Made by a program: the position numbers and the translations under genes. The notes below the pieces were generated by a model. It was not told the DNA's origin. It searched no databases and was given only the letters and a program-made list of their open reading frames with translations. This document shows, in pieces, positions 54,143-64,000 of a DNA stretch of 64,000 nucleotides. Source of the DNA: Candidatus Poseidoniaceae archaeon (GTDB lineage Archaea > Thermoplasmatota > Poseidoniia > Poseidoniales > Poseidoniaceae). The DNA lies in assembly GCA_049606035.1 (NCBI GenBank), contig JBMYVD010000002.1, forward strand, positions 9,712-73,711, written 5' to 3'. The stretch's first letter is position 1. Each line of letters begins with the position of its first letter.

Positions 54143-55507
54143 TCAAGCAGTACCAACTAACGCTTCAATATTAACGATTGTTTTCGGGCAATCACCTGAT
54201 AGGACGTCAGGACCATCTTTGGTAATTAGCACATCGTCCTCGATTCTAATTCCAATATTAGCGTATCTTTCTGGACACTCAACATCGGGGCGCCATGCTC
54301 CAAAATACAATCCTGGTTCGACCGTAATTACCATCCCTTCTTCAAACAATCTTGGTTCATCATCAGGCCTGTAAACTCCCACATCGTGAACATCCATTCC
54401 CAGCCAATGACCTGTGTTGTGCATATACCAATTTTTCAATTCACCATCTGGACCCAGTGCCTCTTCCAAATCTTGTTCAATCACACCGATTCTGATTAGG
54501 CCTTCAGCCAGAACTCTACGGGCTGCATTGTGAGGTGCATCATATGTATTGCCAACCCTACATTGGTCAATTGCAGCTAATTGCGCATCCAAGACAATTT
54601 GGTAAATTTCTGCTTGTGCTTCGCTGAACTTACCGTTAACTGGCCAAGACCGAGTAATGTCCGAAGCGTAACCGTTGTATTCACATCCAGCATCGATAAG
54701 AATAACCTCGCCATCGTCACATGTATCATCATTTACAGTATAATGCAAAATGGTTGCATTCTCACCAGAACCGATGATTGATGGATAAGCGGAACCTGAG
54801 GTTTTACAGTACTTGAATAGGCCTTCGATTATTCCTTCTAACTGCCATTCACCAACACCAGGCCTTGTGTTAGCCATGGCCTGTATATGTGCCTGTGCAG
54901 CGATTTTTGCAGAATATCTCATCAGGTCAATCTCTGCATCTGATTTTCTTAGCCTCAATTCATTAATCATCCTGGATGGGTCAATTATGCTCACAGGACC
55001 AAGGCCAAATTTCTGCCTATCTCTGGAATTAGATTTAATTTCATTATCGACCAATCCATCGACTACAGAGTCAACTCCTAATTTTACAACAATCCGTGAA
55101 CACTTGACAAGCATTTCTGATAGTGATTCTTCCAAGTCTTCATGGGAAACAGCGTTATCGATTGGCCAGTTTTTGACAGCGCCCTCAACACCAGGCCTGC
55201 GACCTTCCCAAATCTCTTGGAGGATATCCTTTGGTTGTACAAACAAAGTAGTAGTCCAATTACCATCATCATTGTATGCTGTGAATACAGCCTCTGGGTC
55301 CTCCCATCCACATAGGTAGAGCATGTCGCTACTAGAACGATATGGATAGTGGACATCATTTGAGCGTGTAGACTCATGCGGAGCAGTAATTATGAGCAAG
55401 TCATTTGGTCGCAATTGTGAAAACAATCTTTGCTGACGCGCAAGGAATTCTTCATTGCTAATCTTGGCAGGTTCAGGGCCTACTGCCTCAAGGGATTCTC
55501 CCCACAT
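54143..55507 (-). CDS. pepP: Xaa-Pro aminopeptidase (M24B)
   Basis: 454 aa. YPYRSSSDMLYLCGW, LIDAGCEYNGYASDITR, HNTGHWLGMDVHD, VITVEPGLY, IRIEDDV. Confidence 0.85.
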   Translation of the reverse strand: MWGESLEAVGPEPAKISNEEFLARQQRLFSQLRPNDLLIITAPHESTRSNDVHYPYRSSSDMLYLCGWEDPEAVFTAYNDDGNWTTTLFVQPKDILQEIWEGRRPGVEGAVKNWPIDNAVSHEDLEESLSEMLVKCSRIVVKLGVDSVVDGLVDNEIKSNSRDRQKFGLGPVSIIDPSRMINELRLRKSDAEIDLMRYSAKIAAQAHIQAMANTRPGVGEWQLEGIIEGLFKYCKTSGSAYPSIIGSGENATILHYTVNDDTCDDGEVILIDAGCEYNGYASDITRSWPVNGKFSEAQAEIYQIVLDAQLAAIDQCRVGNTYDAPHNAARRVLAEGLIRIGVIEQDLEEALGPDGELKNWYMHNTGHWLGMDVHDVGVYRPDDEPRLFEEGMVITVEPGLYFGAWRPDVECPERYANIGIRIEDDVLITKDGPDVLSGDCPKTIVNIEALVGTA

Positions 55508-55561
55508 GTAACTCTCTAGCCACTCCGATTATTCAGTTATTGTTATGTCAGGTTTGCAAAA

Positions 55562-57064
55562 TCAATCCCATAACTCACTTTCGTGACTGTTAATTTTCTT
55601 TACATCTTGTTCGGTGTTAATGGTAGTCTCGTTCCACTTAGGGAGAGACTTTGACTCCGAATCCTTGTTTTTAATTCTACCAAACATAAGTATTGAAAAT
55701 CCAATAATCCCCAGCAATACCACGACTGAACCAAAATTCCAGTTATCGTTTTCCACCTTCTTATCTGATTCAATAGTTATTTCAATTTCATATGAATCGT
55801 TTGCCCCGTCATCATCTGTTACAATTAGTGATAGAGTGTAAGTACCCGCATCAAGCTCTGCAATTGAATAATCTTGAGAATTTGAAACTAATTTTGAGTC
55901 CAAATACCATGAGAAAGTAAATTCCTCGACTGAATCACCAGAGTCCGTGATATTTGGTTGCAATGAAATGTTAGCACCGAGAGAAAATTTCCAGGAATTT
56001 GGGTTAATGACATCTATACCTTCGATACCCATAACTAAAACTGGTACAGAATTTACTACGTTTATCTCAGATGTAGTAGAGTTAATCCTGCCAACCCAAT
56101 CGATAACATCGAGCCTAATCGTATGCAAACCAGACTCATTTAGCATGATTTCCAAAATTCCGTTATCTTCGCTAGTTGGTGGTACAAAGACTGAACCATC
56201 TGGCTTAGTAACATACCAGACATATTGTAAGTTGTTAGTCCAAACTCCATCACTAGACCCACTCCCATCGATCATAATGGTGTCTCCTTCATTTGACTCG
56301 CTAGGGCTAATCATAGAGGACACTGGAGCGTTCCTATCAACGTAAACCGTAATCTCAATGGAGGGTGATTCCCTCAAGAATTTGTCTTGATAAAAATAGG
56401 TAAAACTCCAAACTCCATCATCTAAATCCATATCAGTGGCATTCAATGTGAAAGATGCGATATTTTCATTCCAGACTACTTGCATAATTTCTGAGAAAGA
56501 TTCACCATCACACGCTCCATTTGGTGAACTACACCAACTCATTATGACATTCCCGTCGGCTGGTATGCTCTCGGAAAGTGTTGCGGTAGCAGAAATCTCT
56601 ACTGGGCTATCGAGCATTATTGTGCTATCATGATTTGGTGATATGACGGGGTTATGTGGTCCTGGCCCGATGAAGATTATCCGGTTAAGGAACTCTTTAC
56701 CCAAACCATTCGGTTGTCCGATTTCTAACCAGCATGTACAATTTAGTCCTTGGACATCAATAATTAGTGTCCAATTCCAAAGGCCTTCGTCAATTGGAGA
56801 GACAGTTGTAAAGTAATCTCCCATGCTGAGTACTGGCCATTCAATATACGGATTAGTTACGTCATATAGAACCCAATCTGCAGTCTGTGGGTTGAGATTT
56901 GTAGAACCGGTTACCTCTAGTGTATCATTCACCCAGAAGCCGTCAATTGATTCGCTTGTGAGTAAACCACTTGATTCAGTTCTGCCAAAATTGTTGGCCG
57001 ACACTGGTAAAAGCATAAGCAAAACAGAAGCAATGACAAAACATGACTTCAGTTTGTTTTTCAT
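55562..57064 (-). CDS. secreted PKD-domain protein with a C-terminal TM anchor
   Basis: 500 aa. Signal MKNKLKSCFVIASVLLMLLPVSA. PKD-like IDGSGSSD...YVWYV and FSWYLD...YTLSLIVTDDDGANDSYEIEITI. TM helix FGSVVVLLGIIGFSILMFG. It starts 4 nt after the upstream gene's stop. Confidence 0.6.
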   Translation of the reverse strand: MKNKLKSCFVIASVLLMLLPVSANNFGRTESSGLLTSESIDGFWVNDTLEVTGSTNLNPQTADWVLYDVTNPYIEWPVLSMGDYFTTVSPIDEGLWNWTLIIDVQGLNCTCWLEIGQPNGLGKEFLNRIIFIGPGPHNPVISPNHDSTIMLDSPVEISATATLSESIPADGNVIMSWCSSPNGACDGESFSEIMQVVWNENIASFTLNATDMDLDDGVWSFTYFYQDKFLRESPSIEITVYVDRNAPVSSMISPSESNEGDTIMIDGSGSSDGVWTNNLQYVWYVTKPDGSVFVPPTSEDNGILEIMLNESGLHTIRLDVIDWVGRINSTTSEINVVNSVPVLVMGIEGIDVINPNSWKFSLGANISLQPNITDSGDSVEEFTFSWYLDSKLVSNSQDYSIAELDAGTYTLSLIVTDDDGANDSYEIEITIESDKKVENDNWNFGSVVVLLGIIGFSILMFGRIKNKDSESKSLPKWNETTINTEQDVKKINSHESELWD

Positions 57065-57067
57065 TTA

Positions 57068-60000
57068 CTACTCCTCAAACGCATTACACAATTGTCCTTG
57101 ACCAGGGAAGCTGTTGATGTCCCTTGGATTAGTATCCCACTTGTATTCACAGTAATTGACGTGACCGTCACCGTCTGTGTCAACCATTCTGTCTACATCA
57201 TCATATGGATCGAAATTGAAGTAATATTCCCAACCTGTTGCCATTCCATCATCATCATGGTCTTGATAGTAAACCTCTGGCCCATCATTCCAATCGTCAC
57301 CATCTGTGTCGTTTCTGATTGGATTTGTTCCATTGACAAACTCTTCGAAACTTGTGTAATTTTCTAGATTGTCATAGAACAACTTACCATCCGGTGAGTC
57401 TGGATCGATGTGACAGTTACTAGACTGAGGATCATTGTACGATGGGCAATACTTAGCTACTAGTCCAGAGCGGTTCAACCCATCTTTGTCTGGGTCTTCC
57501 ATTCCATCATCGATTCCATTACCATCTGAATCTTTCAGAGCGGGGTCCATTACACCACGTGCACCGTATGCACTGTATGTTGAATTGTCAACAAGTCCGA
57601 TGACTAGAGCCTCTTCAGAGTATCTGACTTCCCAGCCGTCTGGCAAAAGATCACCATCTGTATCATCATCCACCGGGTTGGTGTTCCACCTATCTGGAGC
57701 TTCTGCTCCGTTTGATAGTGTATCATTGTCGATATCGTAAGTATCATCCTTCAATGAACCTAATGAAGGGTCTAGCGCCCACCGACCTTTACAACCATCA
57801 CACAACGGATTTGATGGAACAATGAAGTTAGTCATGTTCATCTCATAGACTTCGTATTTCTTCTCTAGAATAAATCCACCAAGCCAGTTCTTCCAAACAT
57901 ATCCTCCATCCTCAAGACCACACTCAATCATCGAATCACATCCCGGAGGCAGCCAAAGGTCGGTTGCAACCCAAAGAGAATGAGATTTTGAGTTGTCTTC
58001 AACAGATTCGACTTGCATTTCCCAACCGTCTAACATACCATCTGCATCTGTATCGTTGATCAGCGGATTGGTTGGGTTCTGGAATGGGCGAGGTACGAAC
58101 AAGACTTCGTTGCCGTCAATTAAACCATCACCATCAGTATCTGAATTGTTTGCATGTGTCAAGAAGTTGTCCTGGCCAAGAATTACTTCTTCACCATCTT
58201 CGAGTCCGTCATTGTCTGTATCATACATGCATGGGCTGGTGAAATATTCTTCTCCATACCATGAGAAACCATTCAAAGCCTCAGCTTGGTCTCCCAAACC
58301 GTCACCATCTGTATCTGCATTCGATGCGTTAGAGCCGGCGCCACAGACTTCGCTAAATTCCTTGAAATCAGACAATCCATCTTCGTCAGTGTCCCAAAGA
58401 CCAGGGTCAGATGTAACTCTGACATTCTGTACCCCACGATTAACAACCAAGATGTCCCAACCAATAACTTCGATTCCGTCCTTGAGACCGTCACCATCGG
58501 TGTCAGGATTTAGCGGATCTGTTGAGCGTCCATCGATAATTCCATCACCGTCAGAATCTCTTGCATTATACTCCATCAAATTTGTAAACATCTCATCGAT
58601 TTCTACAATCTCCATCCAAACATCAAGCCGGCTTTCAATTGTGTCACCTATCTCAACATTGATTGCGTAAACGTATCCGTCTACTGGGGCAACCAGCGGG
58701 ACAATTTGCTGATTTCCACCAGATAGTGTAATCCTTGCTCTTGCAACAGTTTCGTTTACTGTAACCCAATCATCGAGTTCTACATCGATTGCAACGACTA
58801 GAGCTATATTTTCTAGTGTGCTATATGTGACTGAACCGTCGCCATCTGCGTCATATCCATCTCTATCTGAGTCAATGTCACCGTTCGAACCGTCCCTTGG
58901 GTCGAGTCCATTATTTGCTTCCCAGCCATCAGGCATTCCGTCTTCATCTGTATCCTCATGCCATGGCGAGGTGAACTTTCCTTCACCAAATGCAATTGCA
59001 ACTTGGTATTCTTCGATGTTGTTCATTCCATCTTCATCCCAATCGCTATATCCATCCGAATTGTTAGCAGGGTCGAGAATTTGGGATGCTGCGACAGCAC
59101 CACTAGCAGGGTGCTCAGTGGCATCGGAGAAGCAGAACTCGAACCCATCAGGCATACCATCACCATCTGTATCCCAATCCGAAGGACCGTTCATTTGTCC
59201 ATCTCCATCCATATCTTCCTTGAACCATGCAAGTCCGTGTTCAAGAGCGTCTGCAGCGAAAGGTGCAGTTCTGCTGACAGGGTCGAGCAGGTCAACACCA
59301 CAGTCTTGACCAGTTGCCATCATTACCATGATAGTTGAATTTGAAATTTCGTGGATGTCGTCTAGCATATCACCATCAGAATCAGCCTTTGTTGGGTCAG
59401 TTCCATATGCCTCTTCCTCTAGATTGAATAATTGGTCATTATCAGAGTCCAAGACTTGGTCACAGGAATGTTGGCCCGCAGCGTTAGCAAGTGAATCCCA
59501 CTCTGGCGCCCCATTTTGCCCGTTGAAATGGTCTTCCAAACTTTCCACCATAGCATCTGTTAGTTCTACACAACCCCAGTTACCCGATAGAGGGTCGAAT
59601 AGGGTGTAATTTCCTGCTGGGTGGAATACCTCTCTCTTGTATGTGACTTCCCACTTGTCGTTTAATCCATCTCCATCAGTATCTGCAAGTCTAGGGTTTG
59701 TTCCCTCTTCGACTTCTACAGAGTTGATTAGACCGTCTCGGTCTGGGTCACCTTTAGGACCATCATCAGGGTCAGGCCAAGAGTCTTCCTCTTCCTGCTC
59801 TTCGGCCCCATCAGAATTGGCTTCACTCGGGTCATTTTCCACGTCATCAGATTCACCGTTGTCCAGTGGGTTCAAACCATTCGCAACTTCCCAACCGTCC
59901 GACATAGTATCTTTATCCGTGTCTGGGTCGAAAGGATCAGTTCCGTATTGTGCCTCCACGGCGTCCACCAGTCCATCGCCATCTGAGTCCTTCGACTCTC

Positions 60001-60163
60001 CAGTATCAGAACCATCACCGATCAGGTCATCTTCAGCTGCAGGGTCGAAATCACCTGCCCCCTCACTTGTTTGGAAGAATCCTGATGCCCCTACAAATAG
60101 AGACCCGAAAATCATGGTTGAGACAATTGCAACGTAAGCCATTTGATTGTGTGACATAGACAT
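57068..60163 (-). CDS. giant acidic secreted protein built from thrombospondin type-3-like calcium-binding repeats
   Basis: 1031 aa. N-terminal hydrophobic segment MAYVAIVSTMIFGSLFVGASGFF. Many D.D.DG..D..E units (DSDGDGLVDAVE, DTDGDGLNDKWE, DTDEDGMPDGWE, DTDGDGLKDGIE ...). Confidence 0.65.
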   Translation of the reverse strand: MSMSHNQMAYVAIVSTMIFGSLFVGASGFFQTSEGAGDFDPAAEDDLIGDGSDTGESKDSDGDGLVDAVEAQYGTDPFDPDTDKDTMSDGWEVANGLNPLDNGESDDVENDPSEANSDGAEEQEEEDSWPDPDDGPKGDPDRDGLINSVEVEEGTNPRLADTDGDGLNDKWEVTYKREVFHPAGNYTLFDPLSGNWGCVELTDAMVESLEDHFNGQNGAPEWDSLANAAGQHSCDQVLDSDNDQLFNLEEEAYGTDPTKADSDGDMLDDIHEISNSTIMVMMATGQDCGVDLLDPVSRTAPFAADALEHGLAWFKEDMDGDGQMNGPSDWDTDGDGMPDGFEFCFSDATEHPASGAVAASQILDPANNSDGYSDWDEDGMNNIEEYQVAIAFGEGKFTSPWHEDTDEDGMPDGWEANNGLDPRDGSNGDIDSDRDGYDADGDGSVTYSTLENIALVVAIDVELDDWVTVNETVARARITLSGGNQQIVPLVAPVDGYVYAINVEIGDTIESRLDVWMEIVEIDEMFTNLMEYNARDSDGDGIIDGRSTDPLNPDTDGDGLKDGIEVIGWDILVVNRGVQNVRVTSDPGLWDTDEDGLSDFKEFSEVCGAGSNASNADTDGDGLGDQAEALNGFSWYGEEYFTSPCMYDTDNDGLEDGEEVILGQDNFLTHANNSDTDGDGLIDGNEVLFVPRPFQNPTNPLINDTDADGMLDGWEMQVESVEDNSKSHSLWVATDLWLPPGCDSMIECGLEDGGYVWKNWLGGFILEKKYEVYEMNMTNFIVPSNPLCDGCKGRWALDPSLGSLKDDTYDIDNDTLSNGAEAPDRWNTNPVDDDTDGDLLPDGWEVRYSEEALVIGLVDNSTYSAYGARGVMDPALKDSDGNGIDDGMEDPDKDGLNRSGLVAKYCPSYNDPQSSNCHIDPDSPDGKLFYDNLENYTSFEEFVNGTNPIRNDTDGDDWNDGPEVYYQDHDDDGMATGWEYYFNFDPYDDVDRMVDTDGDGHVNYCEYKWDTNPRDINSFPGQGQLCNAFEE

Positions 60164-60259
60164 TTTGATACTCTCCGCCGGCTAACCAACTCTTTCGACA
60201 TCTGTTCCACACATAAACCTTCACGGTAATTGATTTTGACAAATGTCTTTTGTCGAGCG

Positions 60260-61279
60260 TTAACCGCGTGATATCTCATGCCTAGATTCGAGTTTAATTA
60301 GGTCAAAATTTTCTTCCCTATTAACGCTGACTTTTACAGGCCTACCCTCTGACCTTACCCAAGCACCAGCAAGGTAACCAACAGTCATTGCAAGACAAGG
60401 AATAGTGTCAAATTTCAACTCAATTCCTCCTGGTGTGTCCAGAGCCTTACCTGAGATAGGAGATGAAAAACCCCTGGAGCCAAAAAATGATTCACAACTA
60501 TCGACCCAGCCATCAACATCCGCAGCGAGAAATAACTCTTCTCCTGCGATGAACAATCGCTTACAAGCAATTGCAATTGAAAGAAAACCGTCACCAAAAT
60601 CTGGCCACGAATTTCTTTCATCTTCACCAATATTTCCAACTAGACCAGAACATGACATTTCAAGTCTCTTGAAGATACCAACTGGTAGCAGTAAATGACC
60701 TAACCCATCTATCCGCCATCCTGATTCTAATTCGAGCAGCAGTGGTTTACCTTTTTCCTGCAATGGCAGAACTGAGTTTGATTTAGTCAAAGGAATAGAA
60801 GTTGGTTCTAGAGTCAAAATAGTAGCCTGAGGTGATTTATCATCCCATAACATCCTGTATCTTGACGAATTAATTTTCTCTAGTTGTGCTTGTAATATAC
60901 CTGAGAATACAGGGGTCAGTCCTGCTGATTCAAAACTAGGAGGAGAGGTGTTTGGTAGGCCCCATCCGTGAAGTTTCCAACGGCCTTCAAGTGCCGCTTT
61001 TGTCTTTTTTTTACGAAAAAAACCATTGAAATTTAGGTCAATATTTTCAAGAAGAAATTCTTCTTCATCACAAGCAGCATTTGCCAATTTTCTGCCCATT
61101 GGAGCATCGATTATCTCCTCAAAAAATCTCCACCAAGAATCAAGGCCGTCAACTCTCCATAGATACCATTGATTGCCAGTATTGTCAATGATTAAACCAT
61201 TTTTTGTTGAAAAAACAGACGCGACATCGCTCATCAATTCGACATCTAGATGGTTGTTTTCTTCATCGATTAGTGGCAT
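60260..61279 (-). CDS. hypothetical protein, possibly tandem V4R-like domains
   Basis: 339-aa ORF. Weak V4R-type patterns (MGRKLANAAC...RWKLHGWG...FSGILQAQLE; GFSSP...GGIELKFDTIPCLAMTVGYLAGAWVRSEGRPVKV). Confidence 0.3.
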   Translation of the reverse strand: MPLIDEENNHLDVELMSDVASVFSTKNGLIIDNTGNQWYLWRVDGLDSWWRFFEEIIDAPMGRKLANAACDEEEFLLENIDLNFNGFFRKKKTKAALEGRWKLHGWGLPNTSPPSFESAGLTPVFSGILQAQLEKINSSRYRMLWDDKSPQATILTLEPTSIPLTKSNSVLPLQEKGKPLLLELESGWRIDGLGHLLLPVGIFKRLEMSCSGLVGNIGEDERNSWPDFGDGFLSIAIACKRLFIAGEELFLAADVDGWVDSCESFFGSRGFSSPISGKALDTPGGIELKFDTIPCLAMTVGYLAGAWVRSEGRPVKVSVNREENFDLIKLESRHEISRG

Positions 61280-61283
61280 AGAA

Positions 61284-62597
61284 TCACAAAGGGTAACCGC
61301 TCAAGTTTTCTTCATTGAAACAGTATCGAATTACATGGTAATCCGATTTGAAATCTCGCACATCGACCTTGACCTTTGAAGGATCTTCATTCTCAAGAAG
61401 AACTCTAGCATAGAATCTTGCTACATCAAGCATTTCATCCTTGCCCATGCCAACTCTTGTCAACTCTTGTACGCCAAGTCTTAGACCTGATGGAGACATT
61501 GCTTTCGTATCACCTGGAAGCATGTTCATGTTTGTGATTATACCTGCTTGCTCAAGTAATTCAGCGGCCTTTGCCCCAGCACCTGAATCCAAATCACCGT
61601 GCCTTGTCAAGACTTGGTGCGATGCGGTATAACCTCTTGATTCGGCTAATACATCGAATCCCTCAGCTGCTAAAGCGGCAGCGAATGCCTGTGCATTGGC
61701 AACTGTATTCCTCGACAATTCTTCTCCATATTCGATGAATTCGGACAAAGCAACAACCTTGCCAGCAACGTGATGAAGGTGGTAAGAAGAGCATGTTCCC
61801 GGGAAGACTGCATTGTTTAGTTTCCTTTGGAATTTCTCATCTTCAGATGAACTCAATATGAATCCGCCTTGAGGGCCTGGGAAGGTTTTGTGCGAAGAGC
61901 CAGTCATAATATCAGCCCCTTCGTGAAGTGGGTCTTGGAAACACCCACCTGCGATTAATCCTAGAACGTGAGCACCATCATACATCACTGTTGAGCCTAC
62001 CTCGTGAGCGGCATCAGCCAACTCTTGAAGTGGAGTTGGGAACAAGAACACCGATTGTCCAAACAGAGCGATAGAGGGTGCGACCTCTCTAATCAAATCC
62101 GCTGATGCATCGATATCTGGTTCCATTCTCTCTTCATCCCAAGGGTAAGTTGACAAATTGAGATCACGCAGACCTACTGCACCCATTCTCGCATGAGAAA
62201 TGTGACCCCCATCAGCGGTAGAAACAGCAGTAATCGAATCACCAGGTTTCGCTAGCGCCTTCAATGCGGCAATGTTCGAAACGGTTCCACTTGTTGACTG
62301 GATATTTGCAAATGGCACGTTGAATAGTTTCTTTGCTAAATCAATGCCAAGAGATTCAATAGTGTCGAAGTCTCCACAACCTTGGTAATATCGCTTGTTT
62401 GGTAGACCCTCAGCGTACCTTCCATGAAGATCGCTTGTCACAATCTTTTGAACCATTGGTGAAACAATGTTCTCACTAGCAATCATGCCCAAACCTTCAC
62501 GATATAGGTTGCCGCTATCTTTTACAGCATCTAACACTGTCATAGCATTGGTCAAATTTTCCTCACTCGGAGCCCAGCCACCTTTAGCCTCGGACAT
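61284..62597 (-). CDS. glyA: serine hydroxymethyltransferase
   Basis: 437 aa. GMIASENIVSP, GRYAEGLPNKRYYQGC, TGSSHKTFPGPQGG (PLP lysine). Confidence 0.9.
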   Translation of the reverse strand: MSEAKGGWAPSEENLTNAMTVLDAVKDSGNLYREGLGMIASENIVSPMVQKIVTSDLHGRYAEGLPNKRYYQGCGDFDTIESLGIDLAKKLFNVPFANIQSTSGTVSNIAALKALAKPGDSITAVSTADGGHISHARMGAVGLRDLNLSTYPWDEERMEPDIDASADLIREVAPSIALFGQSVFLFPTPLQELADAAHEVGSTVMYDGAHVLGLIAGGCFQDPLHEGADIMTGSSHKTFPGPQGGFILSSSEDEKFQRKLNNAVFPGTCSSYHLHHVAGKVVALSEFIEYGEELSRNTVANAQAFAAALAAEGFDVLAESRGYTASHQVLTRHGDLDSGAGAKAAELLEQAGIITNMNMLPGDTKAMSPSGLRLGVQELTRVGMGKDEMLDVARFYARVLLENEDPSKVKVDVRDFKSDYHVIRYCFNEENLSGYPL

Positions 62598-62656
62598 GAT
62601 TATTCCTTAGCAATACGGCCTTTGACACTTTTCAGTGTGAGTTTACCAAAAACCGT

Positions 62657-64000
62657 TCAGTTTGGCCGACGAGGACCACCGGTCCGTGTAGCTCTAGATT
62701 GGCGCTCTGAGCGGATGGTATTGTGTGGAATACCTTTTCTTTGGAGATTAGTTGCCATTATTTCTCTAGGTCTGTTTGTACGACCCATTGGTCTGGCTGC
62801 TCGGCCTGATTTTCTTTGGATCATCTGATTACGCCCTCTGTATGCAACCGGACCTACTAAACGCTCCATTGCTGGTACATCTGCTCCTTCTTCTTTCGGA
62901 CGTTTCAGCCACCAACCTGGAGAAAGATTACCCATTCTAGCGTCTCTTTCTCGCTTCATGGCATTTGCCCTTCTTGCAAGTTTAGGCTTGACCGATCTTT
63001 CACTTTCTTTTGAGATAAGGTCAGTCATCCAACCCGGGAACCCAACATCGTAAACCACGCCGTTGATAGTCAGCAACATACCTGATAACAATAGATGCGT
63101 CCCTACGGGAAGTTCTGACCTCTGAAGATTGATTTTATGACGCTTTACACGCTTAGCATATGCAACCATTGCTTTCTGGTCACGATGTCTAATCACCTTC
63201 ATTTGTTGACGACTGAATCTTCTTGCACTTTGATGCATGAATGTCAGTCCAAACGCGATAGCGATACCTTCGAGCATGCCAATTTCACCTGTTGCATATA
63301 TCCCTAGAAGGATCCAGATTGGTGTTAGTACACCCCAGTGGAAGATTTTCGTGATTACACTGGAAGTAAATCTAGGAGTCATTTTCCTAGTAACTGCGGC
63401 TGCTGCAGTGATGAATACGTTAGCGTTTAGAGCTTCATCAACCCCACCCTTAACCATCAGAGCAGCGACAGGATTTACTGGTGCATCGTTTATCCATTTA
63501 CGAGAACGTTTGGAGGATTTCTTGGTTAATGCAACCTCCAAAACGTCATCTTCATCATCCGATTTTGGACGTCCGAGAATATTAGCAAGTGCCTTTACTC
63601 TTGGGTCATTTGGATCTGATTCTTCTAATTCTGTTAGAACACTCAATGCGCTATGCCATTCTCCTTTGTCAACCAGACAAAGGGCTGCAGCAATCCTCGG
63701 AAGAGCCCTTGTAGGATTTTCTCTAACTAGTCTGAGAGATATGTCTAATGCTTCCTTGTGCATATTTTGTGCCCTTAGCAGAGCAACATGAGTTAACTTA
63801 GCGGTTATTGAAATGTTATCCTTATGCATTATACTATCAGTAGGTTGAGGACTCCAAGCACGAAGCATTTTCATCAGATCATTGAGGTGGTCAATACAAG
63901 GATTATTTTCCCAATCCCACAAATCATCCTCGTCAACAGAGCCATTGTATGGGTCAAACCATTCACAAATGAATGCTAACAACTCCGGTTCATCATAACC
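62657..64000 (-). CDS. hypothetical membrane protein with a TPR-like N-terminal region and a basic C-terminal tail (5' end may lie outside the window)
   Basis: The ORF is open in-frame to the window edge (GYDEPE precedes the track TTG at 63982). There are TPR-like helices, two or three TM helices, and an R/K-rich tail. Confidence 0.4.
   Translation of the reverse strand, partial: GYDEPELLAFICEWFDPYNGSVDEDDLWDWENNPCIDHLNDLMKMLRAWSPQPTDSIMHKDNISITAKLTHVALLRAQNMHKEALDISLRLVRENPTRALPRIAAALCLVDKGEWHSALSVLTELEESDPNDPRVKALANILGRPKSDDEDDVLEVALTKKSSKRSRKWINDAPVNPVAALMVKGGVDEALNANVFITAAAAVTRKMTPRFTSSVITKIFHWGVLTPIWILLGIYATGEIGMLEGIAIAFGLTFMHQSARRFSRQQMKVIRHRDQKAMVAYAKRVKRHKINLQRSELPVGTHLLLSGMLLTINGVVYDVGFPGWMTDLISKESERSVKPKLARRANAMKRERDARMGNLSPGWWLKRPKEEGADVPAMERLVGPVAYRGRNQMIQRKSGRAARPMGRTNRPREIMATNLQRKGIPHNTIRSERQSRATRTGGPRRPN

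Noticed and set aside
57993-60137. Long plus-strand ORFs (225, 163, 166 aa and others), Ser/Pro-rich, opposite the TSP3 gene.
   Set aside because: These are shadow frames of a GAT/GAC/GGN-rich repetitive gene. They have low-complexity composition and no start context.

Overview
This is a densely coding 64-kb chromosomal window with about 68 protein genes on both strands, and several convergent gene pairs overlap at their 3' ends. It holds one tRNA-Val(GAC) and one SRP (7S) RNA. I saw no rRNA, CRISPR array, transposase or integrase. Archaeal informational markers are present: Kae1, an S19e / PDCD5-like / L39e / L31e / S17e cluster, tRNA-splicing endonuclease, archease and geranylgeranyl reductase. 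They sit beside bacterial-type metabolism: HutH/HutI, methylmalonyl-CoA mutase plus epimerase, PntAB transhydrogenase, MDH, class-2 PyrD, GlyA, an MqnC-like radical SAM enzyme and PepP. There are also very acidic, very large secreted or anchored proteins: a COG1470-like 1167-aa protein, a TSP3-repeat 1031-aa protein, a TSP3 + PNGase F-like 997-aa lipoprotein, a PKD protein and an M6 protease. This mix suggests a marine planktonic, protein-degrading euryarchaeon (Marine Group II/III-like), but that is inference only. Four things deserve a second look. (1) A twin-arginine-signal CxCH protein is coupled to a TatC that carries an unrecognised Cys-rich C-terminal domain, next to an M6 protease. (2) A preQ0 (archaeosine precursor) operon, RHH-folE-queE-queC-queD, has QueC fused in-frame to a complete MsrB domain, and both QueC and QueD deviate from their canonical metal-ligand motifs. 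(3) An archaeal lipoprotein carries a clear PNGase F-like catalytic domain behind Cys-containing TSP3 repeats, within a surface-protein island. (4) The SRP RNA starts only 6 nt after the stop of an orphan CxxxY-type ccmE. Start codons are my best choices among in-frame ATG/GTG/TTG candidates. Functional calls rest on motif-level recognition from memory, not on database searches.
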